Positions 35,494 through 45,497 of a stretch of 64,000 nt of DNA are shown here, piece by piece. The translations under genes and the position numbers were made by a program. Source of the DNA: Squalus acanthias. Lineage: Eukaryota. Location: positions 53,756,001 through 53,820,000 of the forward strand of contig CM059438.1 of assembly GCA_030390025.1 (NCBI GenBank), given 5' to 3'. The notes under the pieces are model-generated. The model saw nothing but the letters and a program-made list of their open reading frames with translations. It had not been told where the DNA came from and did no database searches. Every line of letters begins with the position of its first letter. The stretch's first letter is position 1.

Positions 35494-35687
35494 TGTCGTA
35501 AGAATGAGCCTTACGCGTGGTGAACTTAAAGTAAGCTTTAATCAACTAAAAAGGTGCTACATACAAAAGAGGTCTTACTCTATGCCTCTCCAGGATCCAA
35601 CTGATCAGCCCAGTATTTATCCTGGACTAATCACAGGAAGTGATGCAATAAAGTTCGAGTCACAGGAAGCTGTATTGTGTTACCACA
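35494..35687 (-). repeat. 5' LTR of copy 1 (194 bp)
   Basis: Direct repeat of 31208-31401, located upstream of the gag ATG in element orientation. Confidence 0.95.
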
Positions 35688-38600
35688 GTGAGTGTGTGCG
35701 GTGTGAGTGTGTGCGCGGTGTGAGTGTGCGCGGTGTGAGTGTGTGCGGTGTGAGTGTGTGTGGTGTGAGTGTGTGTGTGGTGTGAGTGTGTGTGCGGTGT
35801 GAGTGTGTGCGGTGTGAGTGTGTGTGCGGTGTGAGTGTGTGCGGTGTGAGTGTGTGCGGTGTGAGTGTGTGCGGTGTGAGTGTGTGTGCGGTGTGAGTGT
35901 GTGTGGTGTGAGTGTGTGCGGTGTGAGTGTGTGTGCGGTGTGAGTGTGTGCGGTGTGAGTGTATGTACGGTGTGAGTGTGTGCGGTGTGAGTGTGTGTGC
36001 GGTGTGAGTGTGTGCGGTGTGAGTGTGTACGGTGTGAGTGTGTGTGCGGTGTGAGTGTGTGTGCGGTGTGAGTGTGTGCGGTGTGAGTGTGTGCGGTGTG
36101 AGTGTGTGCGGTGTGAGTGTGTGCGGTGTGAGTGTGTGTGCGGTGTGAGTGTGTGTGCGGTGTGAGTGTGTGCGGTGTGAGTGTGTGCGGTGTGAGTGTG
36201 TGTGCGGTGTGAGTGTGTGTGCGGTGTGAGTGTGTGCGGTGTGAGTGTGCGCGGTGTGAGTGTGTGCGGTGTGAGTGTCTGTGCGGTGTGAGTGTGTGCG
36301 GTGTGAGTGTGTGTGCGGTGTGAGTGTGTGCAGTGTGAGTGTGTGTGCGGTGTGAGTGTGTGCGGTGTGAGTGTGTGCGGTGTGAGTGTGCGCGGTGTGA
36401 GTGTGTGCGGTGTGAGTGTGTGCGGTGTGAGTGTGTGCGGTGAGTGTGTGTGCGGTGTGAGTGTGTGCGGTGTGAGTGTGTGTGCGGTGTGAGTGTGTGT
36501 GCGGTGTGAGTGTGCGCGGTGTGAGTGTGTGCGGTGTGAGTGTGTGCGCGGTGTGAGTGTGTGCGCGGTGTGAGTGTGCGCGGTGTGAGTGTGTGTGCGG
36601 TGTGAGTGTGTGCGGTGTGAGTGTGCGCGGTGTGAGTGTGTGCGGTGTGAGTGTGTGTGCGGTGTGAGTGTGTGTGCGGTGTGAGTGTGCGCGGTGTGAG
36701 TGTGTGTGCGGTGTGAGTGTCTGCGCGGTGTGAGTGTGTGTGCGGTGTGAGTGTGTGCGGTGTGAGTGAGTGTGCGGTGTGAGTGTGTGTGCGGTGTGAG
36801 TGTGTGCGGTGTGAGTGTGTGTGCGGTGTGAGTGAGTGCGGTGTGAGTGTGTGTGCGGTGTGAGTGTGTGCGGTGTGAGTGTGTGCGGTGTGAGTGTGTG
36901 TGCGGTGTGAGTGTGTGCGGTGTGAGTGTGTGTGCGGTGTGAGTGTGTGCGCGGTGTGAGTGTGTGCGCGGTGTGAGTGTGTGTGCGGTGTGAGTGTGTG
37001 TGCGGTGTGAGTGTGTGTGCGGTGTGAGTGTGTGCGGTGTGAGTGAGTGTGCGGTGTGAGTGTGTGCGGTGTGAGTGTGTGCGGTGTGAGTGAGTGTGCG
37101 GTGTGAGTGTGTGTGCGGTGTGAGTGTGTGCGGTGTGAGTGTGTGTGCGGTGTGAGTGTGTACGGTGTGAGTGTGTGCGGTGTGAGTGTGTGCGGTGTGA
37201 GTGTGTGTGCGGTGTGAGTGTGTGCGGTGTGAGTGTGTGTGCGGTGTGAGTGTGTGCGGTGTGAGTGTGTGTGCGGTGTGAGTGTGTGTGCGGTGTGAGT
37301 GTGTGCGGTGTGAGTGTGTGCGGTGTGAGTGTGTGTGCGGTGTGAGTGTGTGCGGTGTGAGTGTGTGCGCGGTGTGAGTGTGTGTGCGGTGTGAGTGTGT
37401 GTGCGGTGTGACTGTGTGCGGTGTGAGTGTGTGCGGTGTGAGTGTGTGCGGTATGAGTGTGTGCAGTGTGAGTGTGTGCGGTGTGAGTGTGTGCGGTGTG
37501 AGTGTGTGCGGTGTGAGTGTGTGCGGTGTGAGTGTGTGCAGTGTGAGTGTGTGTGCGGTGTGAGTGTGTGTGCGTGGTGTGAGTGTGTGTGCGTGGTGTG
37601 AGTGTGTGCGGTGTGAGTGTGTGCGGTGTGAGTGTGTGCGGTGTGAGTGTGTGCAGTGTGAGTGTGTGCGGTGTGAGTGTGTGCGGTGTGAGTGTGTGTG
37701 GTGTGAGTGTGTGCAGTGTGAGTGTGTGCGGTGTGAGTGTGTGCGGTGTGAGTGTGTGCGGTGTGAGTGTGTGCGGTGTGAGTGTGTGCGGTGTGAGTGT
37801 GTGCAGTGTGAGTGTGTGTGCGGTGTGAGTGTGTGCGGTGTGAGTGTGTGCGGTGTGAGTGTGTGCGGTGTGAGTGTGTGCGGTGTGAGTGTGTGCAGTG
37901 TGAGTGTGTGTGCGGTGTGTGTGTGTGAGGTGTGAGTGTGTGCGGTGTGTGTGTGTGTGCGTGGTGTGAGTGTGTGTGTGGTGTGTGTGTGTGAGGTGTG
38001 AGTGTGTGCGGTGTGTGTGTGTGTGCGTGGTGTGAGTGTGTGTGTGGTGTGTGTGTGTGAGGTGTGAGTGTGTGCGGTGTGTGTGTGTGTGCGTGGTGTG
38101 AGTGTGTGTGTGGTGTGTGTGTGTGAGGTGTGAGTGTGTGCGGTGTGTGTGTGTGCGGTGTGAGTGTGTGTGCGGTGTGAGTGTGTGCGGTGTGAGTGTG
38201 TACGGTGTGAGTGTGTGTGCGGTGTGAGTGTGTGCGGTGTGAGTGTGTGCGCGGTGTGAGTGTGTGCGGTGTGAGTGTGTGCGCGGTGTGAGTGTGTGCG
38301 GTGTGAGTGTGTGCGGTATGAGTGTGTGCGGTGTGAGTGTGTGCGCGGTGTGAGTGTGCGGTGTGAGTGTGTGCGGTGTGAGTGTGCGCGGTGTGAGTGT
38401 GTGTGTGGTGTGAGTGTGTGCGGTGTGAGTGTGTGTGCGGTGTGAGTGTGTGTGCGGTGTGAGTGTGTGTGCGGTGTGAGTGTGTGCGGTGTGAGTGTGT
38501 GTGCGGTGTGAGTGTGTGCGGTGTGAGTGTGTGCGGTGTGAGTGTGTGCGGTGTGAGTGTGTGTGCGGTGTGAGTGTGTGTGGTGTGAGTGTGTGCGGTG

Positions 38601-41017
38601 TGAGTGTGTGTGCGGTGTGAGTGTGTGCGGTGTGAGTGTGTGCGGTGTGAGTGTGTACGGTGTGAGTGTGTGTGCGGTGTGAGTGTGTGTGCGGTGTGAG
38701 TGTGTGCGGTGTGAGTGTGTGCGGTGTGAGTGTGTGCGGTGTGAGTGTGTGCGGTGTGAGTGTGTGTGCGGTGTGAGTGTGTGTGCGGTGTGAGTGTGTG
38801 CGGTGTGAGTGTGTGCGGTGTGAGTGTGTGTGCGGTGTGAGTGTGTGTGGTGTGAGTGTGTGCGGTGTGAGTGTGTGTGCGGTGTGAGTGTGTGCGGTGT
38901 GAGTGTGTGTGCGGTGTGAGTGTGTGCGGTGTGAGTGTGTGCGCGGTGTGAGTGTGTGCGGTGTGAGTGTGTGTGCGGTGTGAGTGTGTGCGGTGTGAGT
39001 GTGTGCGGTGTGAGTGTGTACGGTGTGAGTGTGTGTGCGGTGTGAGTGTGTGTGCGGTGTGAGTGTGTGCGGTGTGAGTGTGTGCGGTGTGAGTGTGTGC
39101 GGTGTGAGTGTGTGTGCGGTGTGAGTGTGTGTGCGGTGTGAGTGTGTGCGGTGTGAGTGTGTGCGGTGTGAGTGTGTGTGCGGTGTGAGTGTGTGTGCGG
39201 TGTGAGTGTGTGCGGTGTGAGTGTGCGCGGTGTGAGTGTGTGCGGTGTGAGTGTCTGTGCGGTGTGAGTGTGTGCGGTGTGAGTGTGTGTGCGGTGTGAG
39301 TGTGTGCGGTGTGAGTGTGTGTGCGGTGTGAGTGTGTGCAGTGTGAGTGTGTGTGCGGTGTGAGTGTGTGCGGTGTGAGTGTGTGCGGTGTGAGTGTGTG
39401 CGGTGTGAGTGTGTGCGCGGTGTGAGTGTGTGCGGTGTGAGTGTGTGCGGTGTGAGTGTGTGCGCGGTGTGAGTGTGTGCGGTGTGAGTGTGTGTGCGGT
39501 GTGAGTGTGTGTGGTGTGAGTGAGTGTGTGGTGTGAGTGTGTGCGGTGTGAGTGTGTGTGCGGTGTGAGTGTGTGCGCGGTGTGAGTGTGTGCGGTGTGA
39601 GTGTGTGCGCGGTGTGAGTGTGTGCGCGGTGTGAGTGTGTGCGGTGTGAGTGTGTGTGCGGTGTGAGTGTGTGCGCGGTGTGAGTGTGTGCGGTGTGAGT
39701 GTGTGTGCGGTGTGAGTGTGTGCGGTGTGAGTGTGTGCGGTGTGAGTGTGTGCGGTGTGAGTGTGTGTGCGGTGTGAGTGTGTGTGCGGTGTGAGTGTGT
39801 GCGGTGTGAGTGTGTGCGGTGTGAGTGTGTGTGCGGTGTGAGTGTGTGTGGTGTGAGTGTGTGCGGTGTGAGTGTGTGTGCGGTGTGAGTGTGTGCGGTG
39901 TGAGTGTGTGTGCGGTGTGAGTGTGTGCGGTGTGAGTGTGTGCGCGGTGTGAGTGTGTGCGGTGTGAGTGTGTGTGCGGTGTGAGTGTGTGCGGTGTGAG
40001 TGTGTGCGGTGTGAGTGTGTACGGTGTGAGTGTGTGTGCGGTGTGAGTGTGTGTGCGGTGTGAGTGTGTGCGGTGTGAGTGTGTGCGGTGTGAGTGTGTG
40101 CGGTGTGAGTGTGTGTGCGGTGTGAGTGTGTGTGCGGTGTGAGTGTGTGCGGTGTGAGTGTGTGCGGTGTGAGTGTGTGTGCGGTGTGAGTGTGTGTGCG
40201 GTGTGAGTGTGTGCGGTGTGAGTGTGCGCGGTGTGAGTGTGTGCGGTGTGAGTGTCTGTGCGGTGTGAGTGTGTGCGGTGTGAGTGTGTGTGCGGTGTGA
40301 GTGTGTGCGGTGTGAGTGTGTGTGCGGTGTGAGTGTGTGCAGTGTGAGTGTGTGTGCGGTGTGAGTGTGTGCGGTGTGAGTGTGTGCGGTGTGAGTGTGT
40401 GCGGTGTGAGTGTGTGCGCGGTGTGAGTGTGTGCGGTGTGAGTGTGTGCGGTGTGAGTGTGTGCGCGGTGTGAGTGTGTGCGGTGTGAGTGTGTGTGCGG
40501 TGTGAGTGTGTGTGGTGTGAGTGAGTGTGTGGTGTGAGTGTGTGCGGTGTGAGTGTGTGTGCGGTGTGAGTGTGTGCGCGGTGTGAGTGTGTGCGGTGTG
40601 AGTGTGTGCGCGGTGTGAGTGTGTGCGCGGTGTGAGTGTGTGCGGTGTGAGTGTGTGTGCGGTGTGAGTGTGTGCGCGGTGTGAGTGTGTGCGGTGTGAG
40701 TGTGTGCGGTATGAGTGTGTGTGCGGTGTGAGTGTGTGCGGTGTGAGTGTGTGTGCGGTGTGAGCGTGTGTGCGGTGTGAGTGTGTGCGCGGTGTGAGTG
40801 TGTGCGGTGTGAGTGAGTGTGCGGTGTGAGTGTGTGCGGTGTGAGTGTGAGTGTGTGTGGTGTGAGTGAGTGTGCGGTGTGAGTGTGCGCGGTGTGAGTG
40901 TGAGTGTGTGTGGTGTGAGTGTGTGCGGTGTGAGTGTGTGTGCGGTGTGAGTGTGTGCGGTGTGAGTGTGTCTGCGGTGTGAGTGTGTGCGCGGTGTGAG
41001 TGTGTCTGCGGTGTGAG
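35688..41017. repeat. GT-rich satellite, block 2 (spacer between the two LTR elements)
   Basis: Same unit as block 1. Confidence 0.98.
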
Positions 41018-44000
41018 TGTCGTAAGAATGAGCCTTACGCGTGGTGAACTTAAAGTAAGCTTTAATCAACTAAAAAGGTGCTACATACAAATGAGGTCTT
41101 ACTCTATGCCTCTCCAGGATCCAACTGATCAGCCCAGTATTTATCCTGGACTAATCACAGGAAGTGATGCAATAAAGTTCGAGTCACAGGAAGCTGTATT
41201 GTGTTACCACATTCTCCCCCCCCAAAAGATTAGGAGGCCGGGATGAAGTTCGAGTCACAGGAAGCTGTATTGTGTTACCACATTCTCCCTCCATTTCGTA
41301 GCCGCTGGACGAGGGAGAGCCGCACCCGTTTGGGTTCTCGTAGCGGTAGAGGGCCCCTAGCCCGTTTACCCGCCGCGGGCCGTGGACCAGAGTCCGAGTG
41401 ATCCAGCCCGCTCTGTGAGGGGTCAGGACGATCCTGACTGTGTACTGGTGCCCGAACGGGTGTCGGGCAGGGCTGTGGCAGATCCGTTTCCGAGCGTATG
41501 GTACGGGGTGGATCGTGGCTGTGCGTGCGAGCCCCGACGGGCTCATAGTCAGTCTGCCCCAGGTCGGCACGCTGGAGTGAGGTACCAGCCGGCGTCAGAT
41601 CCAGATCGGGATGAGAGGCACCTGGCGAGCCCAGAGATGTGCCTGGTACAATATCATCCCCTGGTGTCCCTCTATGTTTCGGCGGGCAGGGAGCCAGATC
41701 CCGCAATGACACGGTAGATTCCCGACCGTCAGGATACCGAATATAGGCGTAGGTAGGGTTGACGTCAGTGAGCTCAACCTCATCTACCAGGGGGTCATTC
41801 TTAGACGCCCGAACATATCTTCGGAGTAGCACTGGTCCCGGTGCAGTCAGCCACGACGGGAGAGATATCCCATAGGATGAGTGACACTGAAATCGGAAGA
41901 ACCGTTCATGAGGCGTCGTATTTGTGGCGGCCGAAAGGAGGGACCGTGTGGAGTGTAATGCGTCTGGAAGTACTGCTTCCCATTGCTGGTTGGGTAGGCC
42001 CCGAGATCTCAAAGCCAGACGTACCGCATTCCAGATGATAGCGTTAAAACGCTCGACTTGCCCATTCCCGACCGGATGATAAGGCGTCGTTCTGCTGGCA
42101 GCAATACCCCGTTCCGAGAGATAGGCCTTGAGTTCTCCTGACATAAAAGAAGGGCCCCGATCCGAATGAACATAGGATGCCATGCCACAGAAAGCAAATA
42201 CCTGCTCAAGGCAGCTGATAACCGTGGTCGTCAGCATATTGGGGCAGGGAAAGGCAAACGGAAAATGGGAATACTCATCGACCATGGTCAATAGATAAGT
42301 GTTGCGAGTTGAAGAGGGCAACGGCCCCTTAAAATCGATGCTAAGCCGTTGCATTGGCTGGGTCACATGTATGAGTATACCACCCGAGGGGCGGAAAAAC
42401 TGAGGTTTCAATTCCGCACAGACTCTGCAGTCCGAGCACATCTTCTTTACATCCCCGGTAGAGAATGGGAGATTTCGGGACCGCACGAAGTGTAGCATGC
42501 GAGTAACGCCCGGATGACACAACCCATCATGGATGTCTACGAGCGTAGAGGGTGCCATGGCGGAGCAGAATGCTCGTGTGAGGGTGCCCGGAGCCACATT
42601 CTCCTTGCCAGGTCGATAGTGGATGGTGTAACCAAAAGAGGCCAATTCCAGCCGCCAAAGCTGGATTTTATTATTTTTAATTTTGGTCCGTTTTCGATTA
42701 TCGAGCATGAAGGCAACCGATCGCTGGTCCGTGATTAAGGTAAAGTGCTGGCGAGCTAGGAGATGAGTCCACTTCCGTACTGCCTCTATGATGGCTGTAG
42801 CTTCTTTCTCGACTGGAGGATAATGTAACTCAGCCCCTTGAAAAGTCCTGGACAAAAATGCCACCGGACGACCTTCCTGATTCAGAGTGGCCGAGATCGC
42901 CACCTCCGAGGCATCACACTCAACAACAAAAGGAAGACTCTCATCGATGGAGTGAAGAGCCGCTTTCTCCAACTGTTTTTTCAGGAGGTTAAAGGCTGCA
43001 ACAGCCGTTGTGTCTAGTGGGAATGTGCTGGCCTTCAGTAGAGGTTGGATTCGGTCCGAGAAGTTAGGAATCCATTTAGCATAGTATGCAAACAGGCCGA
43101 GGGCCCGGCGCAAGGAGGCCGGATTCTTAGGTGGCGGGAGCTCTTGGAGTGGGCGAAGCCTTTCAGGGTCAGGTTTAATGATGCCATTGCCCACACAATA
43201 GCCAAGGATGTTGATGGTTGGTTGTGACTCAATGGATTTAGCCGCATTTAATGTCAAATTACGGTGCTGGAGTGCATCCCAAAATCGTTGGAGATTGGCG
43301 TCATGTTCCCGCTGATTGCGACCTGCGACAGTAATATTGTCCAGATAAGGAAACGTATCCTTTAAGTCTTCCTGTTTGACCAGGTCATCCATTGCTCGCT
43401 GGAAGACAGCCACTCCATTAGTGACCCCAAAGGGGAGGCGACGAAATTGATACAGCCGTCCATTGGCTTCAAAGGCTGTATACTGCTTGTCTGAGACCTT
43501 CAAGGGTACCTGATGATAGGCACTTTTCAGATCATATGTTGAGAACACCGTGTACTCAGCCAGTTTATTAACCATATCATCGATGCGCGGCAATGGGTAT
43601 GCGTCCAAGTCCGTATATTGATTGATGGTCTGTGAATAGTCAATGCACAGCCGTTTCTTGTGAGGTTGTAGAGGGTTCTTAACAATAACGACCTGGGCGC
43701 GCCATGGCGACGAACAAGGCTCGATGATATCCTCTGCTAAAAGCCGAGAAATCTCAGCCGCAATAAAAGACTGGTCTTCCTGACTGAAACGTCGTGACTT
43801 TGTTATAATCGGTTTGCATCGAGGAGGGATACTGGTAAACAGTGAGGGTTCATCCAGTGAAGCTGCTGACAATGCACAGAACGGTAATCGAGGTCGTATA
43901 TTAGAAATAGTGAGTTCAGGTTTGGATCCGCCGAACTCAATGGTGAGCTTCTTATGCTGCTTTTGAAAATCTAGCCCTAAGATAAGATCACTACATAAGT

Positions 44001-45497
44001 CCTTGAGCACCGAAAGCCGGGTGGAGGGATACCTGTGACCATTAAGTGTTATTTCAACCATACAAAAGCCAGAAATTCTGGTATTAAGTGATGACTGAGC
44101 CATCGCAATTGCCTGGTCCGATGGGAAAACATGTAGCTTTAACTCTGCAACAATCTGTTCCCTAATGAAACTATCAGTGCTACCTGAGTCAATTAAGGCA
44201 TCTAAAGTATGTCCATTAATTAATGCTTTTGTAGCTGCATGGAATAGGTTCTGAGGACAAGCAGCTGTAATTGGTGTCGTTGCACAAAGAGTGGCTGAAA
44301 CTCTAGGTGTGTTTCTTCGAGAGAAAACCCGAGAGGAAGCACGATAGATTTTAGCCGGAACATCTTGATAGGCCCTTACCGGGGCAGTTCGGTAGGACTT
44401 AGCTTGATAAGCCCTTGTAGAGACTCTTGATAGGCAAACCTTTGCAAAATGACCCTTTTTGTTGCAATGACTGCAAAACGCATTGCGAGCAGGGCAGAAT
44501 TTCCGAGGGTGAAACTCATCACCACAAAAGAAGCATTTCTTAGATTGCCAAGAGGCTGCCACAGTGGGGTCATCATCCTCTTCATCAGTGAAGTCATCAG
44601 ATTGATCGTCAGGGATAAAGTCCTCCCTAATAGAGTTCACCTGTGGCCTCTTAAATTGCCTGACTGTAGTTAAGGCAGCAGACCGAGGTCTGGGCACTGT
44701 ATAAAGGTCTGCATTTCTTTTTGCCAGATCTAGAGAGCAAGCCATGTCATAAGCTCTCTGAAGCTCAAGTGTCTTACTTTCCAGTAGACGCTGGCGTATA
44801 AATGGGGAGGCAAGCCCGCAGATGAACGCATCACGGATCATTTCTTCACGGTACAGCTCAGCTGAGGCCGCCTGAAAGTTACAGTCCATACTAAGTCTGC
44901 GAAGCTCTTGGAGGAATTTATCAATGGATTCCTCCGGCCCTTGTTGGGCTGTAGCTAGTAGATGTCTGGCATAGACCTCATTCGGTGTCTTAGTATATAG
45001 TCTTTTAAGCGTCCGAATTGCCTCCTCGTAACTGCCCCATTCCTCGACATACTGAAATACATTCGGGGTGACACAGTTGATGAGTATCCGCAATTTTGAG
45101 TCATCATCAGCCTTGCAATATTCGAGAAAATTGTCAAACGTGCGATACCAGTGTTTCCACACCTTACCGGCTGCTGGGGTGTTTGGGTCCAAGTCAAGAC
45201 GCGATGGTTTAAGGATGTTTTCCATGATGGGTGATTCCCTGGATCCTTAGTTCCGAGTTCGTCCAAAAAGTTTGAGTGCGAAGTTTTTCAAAGTTGATTA
45301 AATTGTCGTAAGAATGAGCCTTACGCGTGGTGAACTTAAAGTAAGCTTTAATCAACTAAAAAGGTGCTACATACAAAAGAGGTCTTACTCTATGCCTCTC
45401 CAGGATCCAACTGATCAGCCCAGTATTTATCCTGGACTAATCACAGGAAGTGATGCAATAAAGTTCGAGTCACAGGAAGCTGTATTGTGTTACCACA
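41018..45497 (-). mobile_element. Full-length Ty3/Gypsy LTR retrotransposon, copy 2 (4480 bp; LTRs 41018-41211 and 45304-45497)
   Basis: Offset exactly 9810 bp from copy 1, with the same GTGAG TSD and flanks. Two substitutions found relative to copy 1. Confidence 0.95.
41275..45225 (-). CDS. Gag-Pol polyprotein, 1316 aa, copy 2
   Basis: Matches copy 1 except ITGHTL>INGHTL and SHHDL>SHPDL. Confidence 0.95.
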   Translation of the reverse strand: MENILKPSRLDLDPNTPAAGKVWKHWYRTFDNFLEYCKADDDSKLRILINCVTPNVFQYVEEWGSYEEAIRTLKRLYTKTPNEVYARHLLATAQQGPEESIDKFLQELRRLSMDCNFQAASAELYREEMIRDAFICGLASPFIRQRLLESKTLELQRAYDMACSLDLAKRNADLYTVPRPRSAALTTVRQFKRPQVNSIREDFIPDDQSDDFTDEEDDDPTVAASWQSKKCFFCGDEFHPRKFCPARNAFCSHCNKKGHFAKVCLSRVSTRAYQAKSYRTAPVRAYQDVPAKIYRASSRVFSRRNTPRVSATLCATTPITAACPQNLFHAATKALINGHTLDALIDSGSTDSFIREQIVAELKLHVFPSDQAIAMAQSSLNTRISGFCMVEITLNGHRYPSTRLSVLKDLCSDLILGLDFQKQHKKLTIEFGGSKPELTISNIRPRLPFCALSAASLDEPSLFTSIPPRCKPIITKSRRFSQEDQSFIAAEISRLLAEDIIEPCSSPWRAQVVIVKNPLQPHKKRLCIDYSQTINQYTDLDAYPLPRIDDMVNKLAEYTVFSTYDLKSAYHQVPLKVSDKQYTAFEANGRLYQFRRLPFGVTNGVAVFQRAMDDLVKQEDLKDTFPYLDNITVAGRNQREHDANLQRFWDALQHRNLTLNAAKSIESQPTINILGYCVGNGIIKPDPERLRPLQELPPPKNPASLRRALGLFAYYAKWIPNFSDRIQPLLKASTFPLDTTAVAAFNLLKKQLEKAALHSIDESLPFVVECDASEVAISATLNQEGRPVAFLSRTFQGAELHYPPVEKEATAIIEAVRKWTHLLARQHFTLITDQRSVAFMLDNRKRTKIKNNKIQLWRLELASFGYTIHYRPGKENVAPGTLTRAFCSAMAPSTLVDIHDGLCHPGVTRMLHFVRSRNLPFSTGDVKKMCSDCRVCAELKPQFFRPSGGILIHVTQPMQRLSIDFKGPLPSSTRNTYLLTMVDEYSHFPFAFPCPNMLTTTVISCLEQVFAFCGMASYVHSDRGPSFMSGELKAYLSERGIAASRTTPYHPVGNGQVERFNAIIWNAVRLALRSRGLPNQQWEAVLPDALHSTRSLLSAATNTTPHERFFRFQCHSSYGISLPSWLTAPGPVLLRRYVRASKNDPLVDEVELTDVNPTYAYIRYPDGRESTVSLRDLAPCPPKHRGTPGDDIVPGTSLGSPGASHPDLDLTPAGTSLQRADLGQTDYEPVGARTHSHDPPRTIRSETDLPQPCPTPVRAPVHSQDRPDPSQSGLDHSDSGPRPAAGKRARGPLPLREPKRVRLSLVQRLRNGGRMW

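Larger units (their letters stand above)
31208..35687 (-). mobile_element. Full-length Ty3/Gypsy LTR retrotransposon, copy 1 (4480 bp; Mag-like gag)
   Basis: 194-bp TG...CA LTRs at both ends, 5-bp TSD GTGAG (31203-31207 and 35688-35692), PPT at about 31402-31413, and a single gag-pol ORF with domain order PR-RT-RH-IN. Confidence 0.95.

Noticed and set aside
31208..45497. Endogenous retrovirus, or two independent satellite-targeted insertions
   Set aside because: There is no env ORF. The shared LTR mismatch, TSD and flanks indicate a single insertion, so targeting cannot be inferred.
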